A stretch of 64,000 bases of DNA from Mytilus trossulus (taxonomy: Eukaryota): positions 18,662,001-18,726,000 of the forward strand of contig NC_086378.1 of NCBI RefSeq assembly GCF_036588685.1, read 5' to 3'. The number at the start of each line of letters is the position of its first letter. Within the stretch, counting starts at the first letter, position 1. The translations under genes and the position numbers were made by a program. The notes beneath the pieces were generated by a model. It saw only the letters and a program-made list of their open reading frames with translations, was not told where the DNA came from and searched no databases. Positions 42,201-52,859 of this stretch are shown here, in pieces.

Positions 42201-44360
42201 TCAACAACACCAGAAAATTATAAGCTATGGTGCTATGGAATAGTTAGCAATTCAACAACTGAACCGTCGTGTTACTCTAATTAAAATAAGTCTCAATGAT
42301 ATTACAAATGTCTTGAATTATATACATCTTCCAAATTCGCGTAACATGTCGAATAGGTTTTTTTGCTACCTCATTATATTAAAATTATAGTAACATTTTA
42401 AAGCAAATTGTATTGACTGTATTTGAAATGCACGAGTTCATAAAATTTAAATTAAAATTATTTTTTTTTCGACACAACTTTCTACAAACAAAATATGCGT
42501 TATATATTAAAGTTGCGTGTATATTTCAATTTGACACCTACATCGTGAGCTGCCAAACACTGATTGACCGAAGATCTTATGAAAGGCACAAGGTCATGTC
42601 ATCACTAAAACATCTGTATGATTCAGAAATTAGATTAGATTAACTTATAAAGTACCAGGTACAACATTCTGACATAACTAAGAGTCTTTTATATTGGAGG
42701 TAATTTTCAACATTATTAAAGTCAGTGTTGACTTGTAATGACGATTGATTGATTTGTTTTAATTGTTATTGGAAAGTTGGTATGAATGAATATTATATAT
42801 ACTAGTATTTTCATATAGTCAAACGGAAAAGAACAACAATCGTAGAAAGGAGAAAGTATGATGAGGCAGTTTTTGAGACCCTTGTTTTAAGACCCTTGAA
42901 TTAAAAAATGAAACTCACAAATTTGAGACGACAAATTTGACAATAGATATCAATGAAGCTTGACAAATTTTGATCAAATTCAGATGTGACAGAGGCGTAA
43001 ATGATGAACACAATAATATTCTCCCTAAATATCGGTTCATTTTTTTTTAGATCACAGTACAGTGTTCACCAAAGAACAAAACTAATACCGCTTAGCAAGC
43101 AAAGTCCCGACATGACCATGTTAACGATTCCAAACGGCCTAATTTATTTTCAAAACAACAAACGGGAAACAAATATGAAGTTACAACATAACGACAACCA
43201 TTGAATTACATACATGAAGTTCGTTTTACCTCGAACATCAATGGACCGACGTTTTAGCTAAGAAAATACACCTCAAAATTAACCATCAGTAGTTTATATA
43301 GGGGCCATAATTGAAAAAAATCTTTTTTTTCTTCTGTGCAATATTTGATTGACGATTGTACAATTTTATTCTTTTTGGATTCATGATGTTGTTTGTAGAG
43401 CCAATGCTATTCTTGTATTTTAAGCCGTTACTTGGTATTCCCATTTTTGGCAGATTCGTAATCGGACTACCAAAACCTGGTATACATATGTAATAAAATC
43501 TCAACTTATTAAACAGCAATCTTTGGTTTAAATTATAAATTCGTAGTTATCAATCTCAATACAACGAATAGACTTTTACGCGGTTCAAGGGATATCTTAA
43601 TCAATCAATACAGGACCGATAACTGTGTAAACAGGGTGAAATAGGTTATGATGTGTATAATGCAAAAAAGATACACAGTTTTAATGGTTGAGAAACTTTG
43701 AATACGTCGTTTTAAAATTGTATAATTATATGCTTTGTATGATCCATTATTATCTAAATCATTTGTATTCGTCTGTATGTTATCAATTCATTCATATCTA
43801 GAAGTTTAAAATTCTTGCATTTGTTTATACTGTACATTAAATATTTTTATAACGTACTAACTCTAATTCATACACCATTTTACTTGTGGATGGTTGTTTT
43901 TACAAGGGATGGTAGTTAATGTTTGTACACCATATCAAGATCATAAAAATAAAAAGCACCATACCAACTATCTAAGTAAAAGCCCTCATATTATGGAAGT
44001 TGATATTTATTTTACTCAAAGTTATCTTTTAAGCCGTTGTGAATTTAATGTTTTCTTCCTAACACTGGTTGTCTTGAACTCGACTGACTCAAAATTTGGG
44101 ACGAGTCGAAATGTACATATGGTCCTGTGTTATAAAGACTGTTATCAATTTGAGGAAAGGTTTTGGAAGTACATTTTGATTGTTTAATGTGTTTGATAAG
44201 TTTTTTTCATTAGTGAAAATATTTATCATACTTATTACATGTGACCGCTGAAGGATAACGAATCTTAGATTGAGATTTTTGGTATAAAGCCTGCTCTATA
44301 GGACATCTGCTTTAGGAATAAAGTGTAAAACAACCAAATTTCACATTTTTACATATCACA

Positions 44361-44376
44361 TTTATTGCTATTTATT
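44361..44376 (-). terminator. Candidate tandem polyadenylation signals of Tbx20
   Basis: Two AATAAA on minus (44376-44371, 44366-44361) about 530 nt past the stop, followed by GT-rich sequence. Confidence 0.5.
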
Positions 44377-44903
44377 ATCAACAATACTGAACTTCTAACA
44401 CATTAAATTAATTACACATATAAATTTATATTTCAAAAGCACCATTTGAAAACAATTGTTTTTCATCACAAATATAAGTTAAGTTCAAGTGTATTATGCC
44501 AATAATCTTTGGGCTAATATATGCAGCATTTCAGAACTTGCAGTCACTGAAAGCTTGCATACAATTCTTTACTAACATATCAAATAGATAATGTCAAAAA
44601 TCTAAAACTGCCTTGAAACAGTGAGTCGAATAGATTATTTTAAGAAGTTAATCTACCGTCCATAAGACAACTTTGGAATTAAGGTGTATTTTCTTCTAAC
44701 CAAATGCTTTGACCATGCCACATATAGAATAATCTATCATGGTATAAATTGGTTGCTCGAACTGTTTGTTTTGACTGATTGCTACTTGTTCAATCAAGGA
44801 CGAAACCAGCATCCAAGATTGAAGCATCGGAATGCTCAGACTGTGACCGATCTATGTATACGGTTGTCGTACGTGGAGACCTAAATGTTAACTTTTGGGA
44901 GTC

Positions 44904-45160
44904 TCAAACATGTCCCGATTTTGACAGATAAGGATGGTAGCGGTACATGTGACTTGAATGAAGACTAGATGGCGGTGACGACTGTAAAGAGTTTCGGATT
45001 ATATTGCTTCTGATTATTGCTTCATGTTCACTGGTCATTTGTTGTCCGTTTATTAAGACACTGTTATAACTGGGTATCATTCGTGAGTCCAAAGTATGGA
45101 GAGGTAAACCTGGTAGCATGGCATTTGATGTTGGCATCATTCCAAATGGGAACATACCAT
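44904..45160 (-). CDS. Tbx20: Tbx20 terminal coding exon 7 (DGMFPF...[13 protein letters not shown])
   Basis: Acceptor TCTATTTCAG|; phase fits exon 6; M/P/S-rich tail ending in RYHPY; TGA at 44906-44904. Confidence 0.9.
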
Positions 45161-48100
45161 CTGAAATAGAAAGAGGATCGTGAGTGGAAAGCGCATAAAA
45201 TATCATAATAAATTTTGTTGTACAATATTCTACTAAAAAATCTACTTTTTTATCATTCAAATTAGCTGTCATATTTAATTGAACTACAATAAATGTATTG
45301 AACAGTATAAATGAGCAACATCTTATGTCAGATGTCTATATAGAACACATTAAGATAGATTTAGATAACTTACCTCTTGATAAAAATGTGTCTCTATATT
45401 TCAAAGTGTCTTCGTCAATTGGGAAAGGAAAAGGTACTCTAGGAAATCCATGCTTGTTCAACAAATTTTCCATTGTTTCCCTGCAAAATAATGTTATATA
45501 ATATAAGAAACCATATCAATAACAAAATATGATAACTTGATAAATAATTATAGTAATGAGTTGTTGGATTGCTGTCTTTTTGATACCATTGGTTTATGAA
45601 TTAACTCAAATCAACAGAGCACAACAACAACAAATTATAAAACTGAGTGACGTCAAAGATATAGTCAACTAAGATGCAAATAATTGTTGGTACATATAGT
45701 TCATCATACCTCCCTTAAGACAAAAGAAATTTTTCAGCATCTATTTTTTTTTGTTTCTCGAATAATCTTGCAACAAAATTCATTAATTCTTTTATGTTAT
45801 GTTATTTACCTTTCAATATCACTGAGTCGACTGGAATCTCTAAATCCTTTGGCAAATGGATTACTCTCAATCTTAAGCTTAGTTATCTGAAAGAAAATCA
45901 AACCGTGAGTAAAATTTGTTATGCTATCGTTTGCAAGAAGGGTAGAAAATGATTCCGACCACACAAATTTCTGACATCAATATGGCGTACGTGGTTATCA
46001 CAGAACCGTAACAAATTATTACTAGACTGGGTGTCGAATATGTTTAACTGACCCTGAAAAAAACAGGGCACTATCGTCTTTCAGGCTTACAGTGATTAAG
46101 TTATAATAAGATTCTTATCACCGAATCAAAGTAACAAAAACGTTTTAACAAAATTAAGGGATATATTTACTTCCTATATAGTATGGCAGTTAGCAGACGT
46201 ATGAAACATAAGATGACGTCAGGTTTCGGATGTCTCGTCATTTCTTTAACTCTCACGTGTTTTTTTGTTGTAATTGCGTGATTAAGTGATTTTATTTGTA
46301 TTATTTACTGTCAGAAATTCACCTCTGTACCATTGTGGTTGATTTACTTGGCAGTAAACAGATACTGTATATCACCAAATTAAGACCCAGGCAGCGGAAG
46401 AGATAAAGAACAACAAAATCACAATGTTCAATAAACACTATATATTGTCTATTTTCAAAACTCTTTACAATGGAAAATGAATTAATTAAGAAATAAGATA
46501 ACTTTCATGTGAAAGTGCAAGATCATTTTATCAGCATGACATGTTTACAAATTGGCACATTTGGCATATTATGAAAATTATTATTTAGTTCTTAAGTATT
46601 GTCTACTTACCAGTTGATTTTGATAGGCTGTTACCCCAATGAACACAGTTTCAGGGAAAACAAATGTCCTATATTCTTCATTTTCAAGGTCATTTACGGA
46701 ACTCTTGTCGTCTGGTTGACGTTTCACTATATGAAGGCGTGGTTGGTATTTGTGCATTGAATTCAAGATAATCTGAAAACAGAAAGTAAGATTTTATGAG
46801 ATGAAATTTCCCAGCTAAATGGATATTGTTGAACAAAAAGTATTGCAATTTTATTTGAAACCCTGTATTACTCCGAGGTACAAATCAACAAGCTAGTTCT
46901 CATATAATTATTACATTATTACTAAAAGTAAATTAAAAAAAAATGTAAATTACCTGTCCATTTTTATCCATAAGATTGTTTGTGAGCTTTAGTTTCTCAA
47001 AAGAAATTGTTTGTTTCTGCAACTGTTGACCGGAAAATGGTCCATCTGGATGAGAACAAAGCCTTGTGGGTAATGGTGGGTCAGCTTTTCCCGCCACTAA
47101 CCAAGATGATCTGTGATAAGCATATCTGTATCTTTTGTTGTCTATTGGTACTATATCTAACAATATGACGTAGTTAGCATCTGCTTCTAAACCAGAGAAT
47201 GATGCCCTTACCGTTGGAAACATACGTCTGAAAGGAAAACAACGTATAATTTACATGGTTTAATCAAAACCAATGGCCACAATAAAACAGAACAATGGTG
47301 ACTTAAATTCAGTGACAAACTGTTCATTGCATTGAAATTCAAAATCTAGAAATAAGCAAGAATCTGGTAAAAATGTGTTCATTTTGTTCAGGAATTTCAA
47401 ATAAAATACCCTGACATTTGCAGGCGTGTTGCGGCGAACTGGGGCCGTGTCAACGAAGCTGTCCTAGGACTAAGACATGTCTTAGGATGGTCTTAAGACA
47501 CGTCTTAGTCCTAAGTCGGGTTAACGAAAGTCTCCTAAAATAAGATATGTCCTAAACTTGGTCCTAAAGTTAGGATATACAATTAGGTGTCTTAGGATAG
47601 TCCTAAAGGTTACATCGTACTAAAACGTAATAAAAACAACAAATATGGCATAAACTCAATACTAAAAATTACTAATACAATATTAAACTATCATTAGATA
47701 AAATTAATTTAAAAAAAATATTGTTTAATGTTTGTTAAAGATTTAGTTGTATTATATTAAATTATCATGTTCGTGCTGCCTTTTTTGAAGCCTAAACAAT
47801 ACTATTATCATAAGCAACAAATATTTTAAATAATTAAAATATGGGGAAAAGTTTGCTTCTTTTTTTTGTTACCTTATCCTGATTCGATACATGTAATGAA
47901 ATCGAGTGGACCTAAGGACAAAACTAGTTTATGTACTAAAATTGCAGCACGAATATTACCATTTACTTTTGTTTTCGTATTAAATTAATTTATATCTTTT
48001 ATTACATTTAATTACGTATTTATTCGTTTTCCGTAAAAACTTTTAACCTTTAATTTTGCGTTAATTGTTTTCTATATAAGAGTCATCCTTCCTCTCTTTA

Positions 48101-51100
48101 CATATAGGTTCTAAAATACAATTCAATCTATGTCATACAAATCTCTAAATATATTTTCAATTAAATAAATGTGTTAGGATGGTTCTAGGACCATCGTAGT
48201 TAGGACAGTCTTAAGACAGCTTTGTTTTACATCCTAAGACATGTCTCAGACACGTCCTAAGACCATCCTAAATAATGTCCTAAGACCTATCTTAGGACAT
48301 ATCCTAGGATACTTTCATTGACACGGCCCCAGCTGGTGTTTATTTGTTGAGAGACATTAATGAGCATGTAAAAATTAAAATCCTCTATTAGAACCATATT
48401 AGATTATAATCATAAACACCAAACTGTCACTTATTCCGTGCCTTTTTCAGTTCTAATGATTTTTCATCACGCTTGGAATAATAATATATGACCTTATGTG
48501 GGCAAGAGTCAACAACGGCTCTGTTGCTTTCAACCTTATCAATAGAATAGTAACATATATCTTATTGCTGTTTTGCGTGCTCCACCTCGTTTCTATTTTG
48601 TGGTAATTCGTAAATTATGGGTTTTAGTTATTTCCCGACGTTTTCAGTAGTAAAGGGACTCAGATTAACCTTGTTTCACGTTTCAGTGTTTAGAGATATA
48701 GAAACAGATTACACGCTACACTTACAATATAAATTTGAAGTTTACACCACAAGTAATAGTTTTTGTTTAGTAAAACCGTATCGTATGTCACAGAATAGGG
48801 TCATTTTACCATTTTGCATTCAGTGGTGAAATGTTGAACTTTAAGATAATAAGTTTAACTTTTCCTCATTTGGACAGGTGGTAGGATAGTCAAATATACA
48901 CCAATTTAGGTGAAATTGTATCACTTATTTTAATCTTTTCTTTCTAATATAGTGATAAGTACTTATTTTTTTTTATTAATTTATTATTTGACTAATTTGT
49001 TATAAGTATTTCAATACTGCAATTTTTTGAAACTTTACTTATGACTAATTTGCTTTGTCATGTTGAATAAAAATGTATCATTTTTATACTTATGTCCAGT
49101 GTTAAATCATTTGAAGTACAGAAATATGATCATAAGCACAAACATTATTGATAAATGAATTGTTGAATTGATTGAAGCTTTGAACAAAGTCTGAATCCAT
49201 ATAAAATAAAACTTTTATGAAAAATACAACACGAACAACAAAAGTTACTTTCTTGAGTCATATTGACAATTGCATAATTTAACCTATTTGGTCAACATTT
49301 TATTCTATGTTAATTTCATGTCAATTGCTGTTAAGCCTTTTTGTGAATAATGAATATACAAATCGTTGTCTCACTACTCATTGAGAAAATATGTACCCGT
49401 TAAGTTTTGTTGCCCATTAACTTGATCCCCACACAATAGATTGTCCCTCGGGGGATGAGCAGGCACCAAGTGATGAAGCTGAAGTCTATCGGACGAAAGG
49501 TAAGGGGTGGGAACCTCTCAGCCCATTAACACATTTAATCATCGTTTAATTCTCTTCTTTAATCAAGTTTCAATGTAAGTTGCGGGCTATTAAGAAATTG
49601 GAAAGTAAACAAGGCGTCTGGTAGACCATAAATGTAATTTTTATCATGTTAAGGATTAAATAAGGAAATGGCTTATAATTTGACATAAATCATTAATAGT
49701 AGATGTTTCTCACGGTCAAGACGGTTCCATCTCAAACAGCAACATCAAAGTTGGCATACCTTTCAGAAATACCTTGACTTCTAAAGGTAGAGCTAATTGA
49801 ATAGGTATTGGTTTGAACGGTGATGACTAATTTTAATTCAAAGTGTTAACGGGTTCTAATCTTTTTAAGGTTTTGTTCTTATGGTTGATATTCATCAGTT
49901 TAATCAGGAATTCTACAGAAAATCATCTAGCCTGAACAAGTGTTGATGTGACACATTAAAAAGATAATATCTGCAATTAATTGATCTTCGTATACCGTTA
50001 TTTAGCTTTTTCATATAAAAAAATATAATTTCAGTCGAGAAAAAATAACTTTTCAAATGCTCATTATTTTTTATTATCACAAATAAGCGATTCATCACTT
50101 TTAATAATTAATTTAACGTCTTTGAGCGTTGGAACAAATATGTTGAAATAAATAATAAGAAAGATAAAATCTTTGAAGAATAAAAAATGTGCCGATATCA
50201 GAAGTGCGAAATCTTGCCAATCGTTAAATACGTAAAAATCATCAACACCCTATTGTAAAATTTATTGTGAAGTTTGGCATGAAATAAAAGAATTAAATAA
50301 TTGTGAAGATTTTTCCGACAAAATCTTTGTTTCTTAAAGAGGGTCAAATTTTAGAGATGATAGCTAAACAATCATGTGGTGAAATAAAATGATATAAACT
50401 TAGTAGGTCTTAATTAATGATCTATTAGCGTTGATAGCTGTAGTCAGCAATGAATTGTTTAAAATGTTCAATTGTGAACAGAAAAGATATAAATTTATTG
50501 AACCCGGTGTGGTGCTTTTAAGAAGAATGGAATATGTTGATATTATCCAAAATAATTTAATAACTATTTGCCAAGTTTTTATTTTTGTCTTGTGAAAAAA
50601 TCTAGTGCGATTTATTTTGGTAACCATATTTCTTTTTAATTCTTGATACAATTTATTCATAAACATTTTTTTTTCCTATTATGATTTAATTTTATAATAA
50701 AATTTTGATGAAATTATTATATACTATTTTGGAATTTATCATTATCTATGATTTATATAATTTTACGTTTAATATTTATTTAAATAACGATATTTAGCAT
50801 GGTCAAAAAATCAAAAATATCAAGACAATCATGACAATCTTATAAATATCGTTTTCATTATTAATAAAAAAGAAAAAAAAGAAAGAAAAAAAAAAAAGGA
50901 AAAACTAGGGAAAGTTAATTTAGTGTTGCCCCCAGAGTTTTCTTACTTAACACTTTATTTTTTTTTTACTGCTGAAACATTTCAATTATTTACAAATAGT
51001 CTTGGATTTACTAAATAATTCGAACCAAATTCACTTTTGTGACTGTAATAATTCAACCAAATTCACTTTTGTGATTGTTTTATTTCAAATGAAGTATTTA

Positions 51101-52058
51101 CCTTCCAGTTTTAGTGATGATCATTTCTGTTCCAATGTCGTTGAATTTATCCCAGAGATCTTTGGTTTCCAGACGACATTTTACATTTGGCAGACTACCG
51201 GTGTAAGGTTCTGGTGACAACGGTGGAGTGGTACTTGCGCGTGCTTTATAGTCTGAACTAGAATCGTCTGAGATTATACTCTCTGAAAAACAGTAATATT
51301 AAAATATTACTTTGTGCTTTCCTTTTTTTTTTTGTAAATTTCTGATATTATTGTCAAAAATAACAAAACCTCTTTTGTGATGTGCATACAACACACTTTA
51401 TTTATTTCAATGTTTTGTATCTCAAAAAATAAATAAACTTATTAAATCATTTATTTATTGCCAAAAAACGATTGCAGGAAATTTTTACATTTCCAAAGAT
51501 ATATTTTTCTTATTATGACGGTTTTTAGTAGTATACTATTTGTAGATTTTGATTAAAATTAGATTATACTGTTGAAATATTTTGTAGTCACAAATATTAT
51601 ATCAATATATAATGAAATAAAATTACATAAACAAAACATAAAAATATATATACAAATCTTAAACGGTGTTAAACTCAAAATCATTCAAGAAATACAATCT
51701 CAACTTAAACTAGAGAAATTGTGTATTTAATATTCACATTAAAAGTATATACAGTGTACACATACTTCTAAATATCAAACAATTAGATAAAGACAATATG
51801 ACTAAAATATATAAGTGCAAGAAAAGATAAATTTTTTTTAAACTTACTTGGTGGACTATCTGCAAGAGGCGGTGTGGTTGGAAGCTCGTGATCTCTGGTT
51901 ATATGCACTTCAACAATTTCACTGTCTTTCACACTTCTTTGACCAAGAATTGAATCTATAGAGAATGCATTTGCTTTTGGAGACAAATATTGTTTCTGAA
52001 GCTCAGTTCTGCAAATGTCAGTTTGGGTCTCGTCTCGAATTCTTGGTGATAAATCCAT
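44904..52058 (-). CDS. Tbx20: T-box transcription factor Tbx20 (H15/midline family), 7 coding exons, 422 aa
   Basis: Manual splicing gives 211+181+274+162+77+107+257=1269 nt in one frame. Tbx20-diagnostic T-box: [30 protein letters not shown]...[25 protein letters not shown]...[15 protein letters not shown]...[44 protein letters not shown]-terminal ANAFSI motif is as in vertebrate TBX20. Confidence 0.96.
45374..45480 (-). CDS. Tbx20: Tbx20 coding exon 6 ([35 protein letters not shown])
   Basis: Acceptor ATTTTGCAG|; donor G|GTAAGT; phase 2 in, phase 1 out; [11 protein letters not shown] resembles vertebrate RESVESLIQKH. Confidence 0.9.
45810..45886 (-). CDS. Tbx20: Tbx20 coding exon 5 ([26 protein letters not shown])
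   Basis: Acceptor TTTCAG|ATA; donor AG|GTAAAT; 77 nt; end of T-box. Confidence 0.97.
46611..46772 (-). CDS. Tbx20: Tbx20 coding exon 4 ([12 protein letters not shown]...TAYQNQL)
   Basis: Acceptor TGTTTTCAG|ATT; donor CTG|GTAAGT; 162 nt, phase 0/0. Confidence 0.97.
46954..47227 (-). CDS. Tbx20: Tbx20 coding exon 3 (RMFP...DKNGQ)
   Basis: Acceptor TTTTCCTTTCAG|A CGT ATG; donor CAG|GTAATT; overlaps ORF 46933..47223. Confidence 0.97.
47442..48329. mobile_element. PIF/Harbinger-like MITE in Tbx20 intron 2
   Basis: TIR GGGCCGTGTCAA.GAA / TTCATTGACACGGCCC flanked by CTG and CAG (CWG-type target, not identical); many subterminal TAAGAC/GTCTTA/TAGGAC/GTCCTA palindromic motifs; AT-rich core. Confidence 0.8.
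51102..51282 (-). CDS. Tbx20: Tbx20 coding exon 2 (start of T-box; missed by the ORF track)
   Basis: Acceptor TTTTTCAG|; translates [61 protein letters not shown]; donor AG|GTAAAT, the classic phase-2 T-box intron in GR/R. Confidence 0.95.
51848..52058 (-). CDS. Tbx20: Tbx20 coding exon 1 (MDLSP...ADSPP), with eh1 motif FSIDSIL
   Basis: ATG at 52058; [15 protein letters not shown] eh1/Groucho-binding motif; donor A|GTAAGT, phase 1. Confidence 0.88.
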
Positions 52059-52249
52059 TTCTATTATTTTGATAAACTAAACAACAAACTTGCTTAATAA
52101 GCCGTGAATGTTCAAATACACAATTCTGTAAATTTGTTTATCCAGTTTAATGTTTCAACTTCAACAATGTCAACAAATTATGCTAAAATGAAACCATCAA
52201 ACTTAATTTATCCAAAATTCATAGAAGGAATAGAGTATTAGTTGTAAGA

Positions 52250-52470
52250 CGCAATTTGATTGGTCGCTTTCGATGTTGAATAGAATCGTTGAGATTGTTC
52301 CACCTTAAGGCGGAGATGAAATCAATAGCCACGTGTATAACTTGCTAACTTAATTGGTTCTGTTTCTTACAAACAAATTTAGGCACATTTCATGAATAAG
52401 AAATGTCACACACGAACTAAAATTCGTTTCATCTTTGGTGGCCGAAAAGTTGCAAATTCGCTCATTGGAC
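52250..52470 (-). promoter_or_regulatory. Probable Tbx20 proximal promoter
   Basis: Three CCAAT motifs on minus (near 52259-63, 52353-57, 52464-68) and a CACGTG E-box at about 52330, 200-410 nt upstream of the ATG. Positional inference only. Confidence 0.35.
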
Positions 52471-52780
52471 ATTTTCCCGTATAAACAATACTTATGCTAT
52501 TTTGACACACAACTTTGCCATTTCATTTATTTACTGATAGCATATGAAATATATTGTTATTTATGAATAGAGTTTCAAGTTTCTAAGTGACTCACAAATT
52601 AAAACGATTTTATAATTGTTCTGCAGATAAATGCATGCTGTCATGCATATTTAGCAATAAAATGAATGTTTAATAAAGTATATTGTAAACTCCAGCAAGA
52701 TCACAGAAAGGATAATACAACACTAAATATATTAAATAAAATATCTGTTTATTAAACAATTGATACAATTAAATTGAAAT

Positions 52781-52859
52781 CCACTTAGAACTATAAGATA
52801 TGTCGTAAGACCATACTAAGACATGTCTTAGTCCTAAGACAGCTTCGTGAAACTGTGCC
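52781..52859. mobile_element. Solo terminal fragment of a related Harbinger-like MITE
   Basis: CTAAGACATGTCTTAGTCCTAAGACAGCTTCGTGAAACTGTGCC|CTG matches the reverse complement of the left end of the 47442 element. Confidence 0.7.

Noticed and set aside
45161-45272. N-terminal part of ORF 44904..45272
   Set aside because: Intronic read-through upstream of the true acceptor at 45161/45160.
49469-49503. Hammerhead-like string CTGAAGTCTATCGGACGAAAGGTA
   Set aside because: Lacks a complete CUGANGA core and has no convincing stems I and III.
51014-51078. ~32-bp tandem duplication near the exon 2 donor (similar one at ~16106-16175)
   Set aside because: Ordinary slippage duplication that does not touch splice signals.
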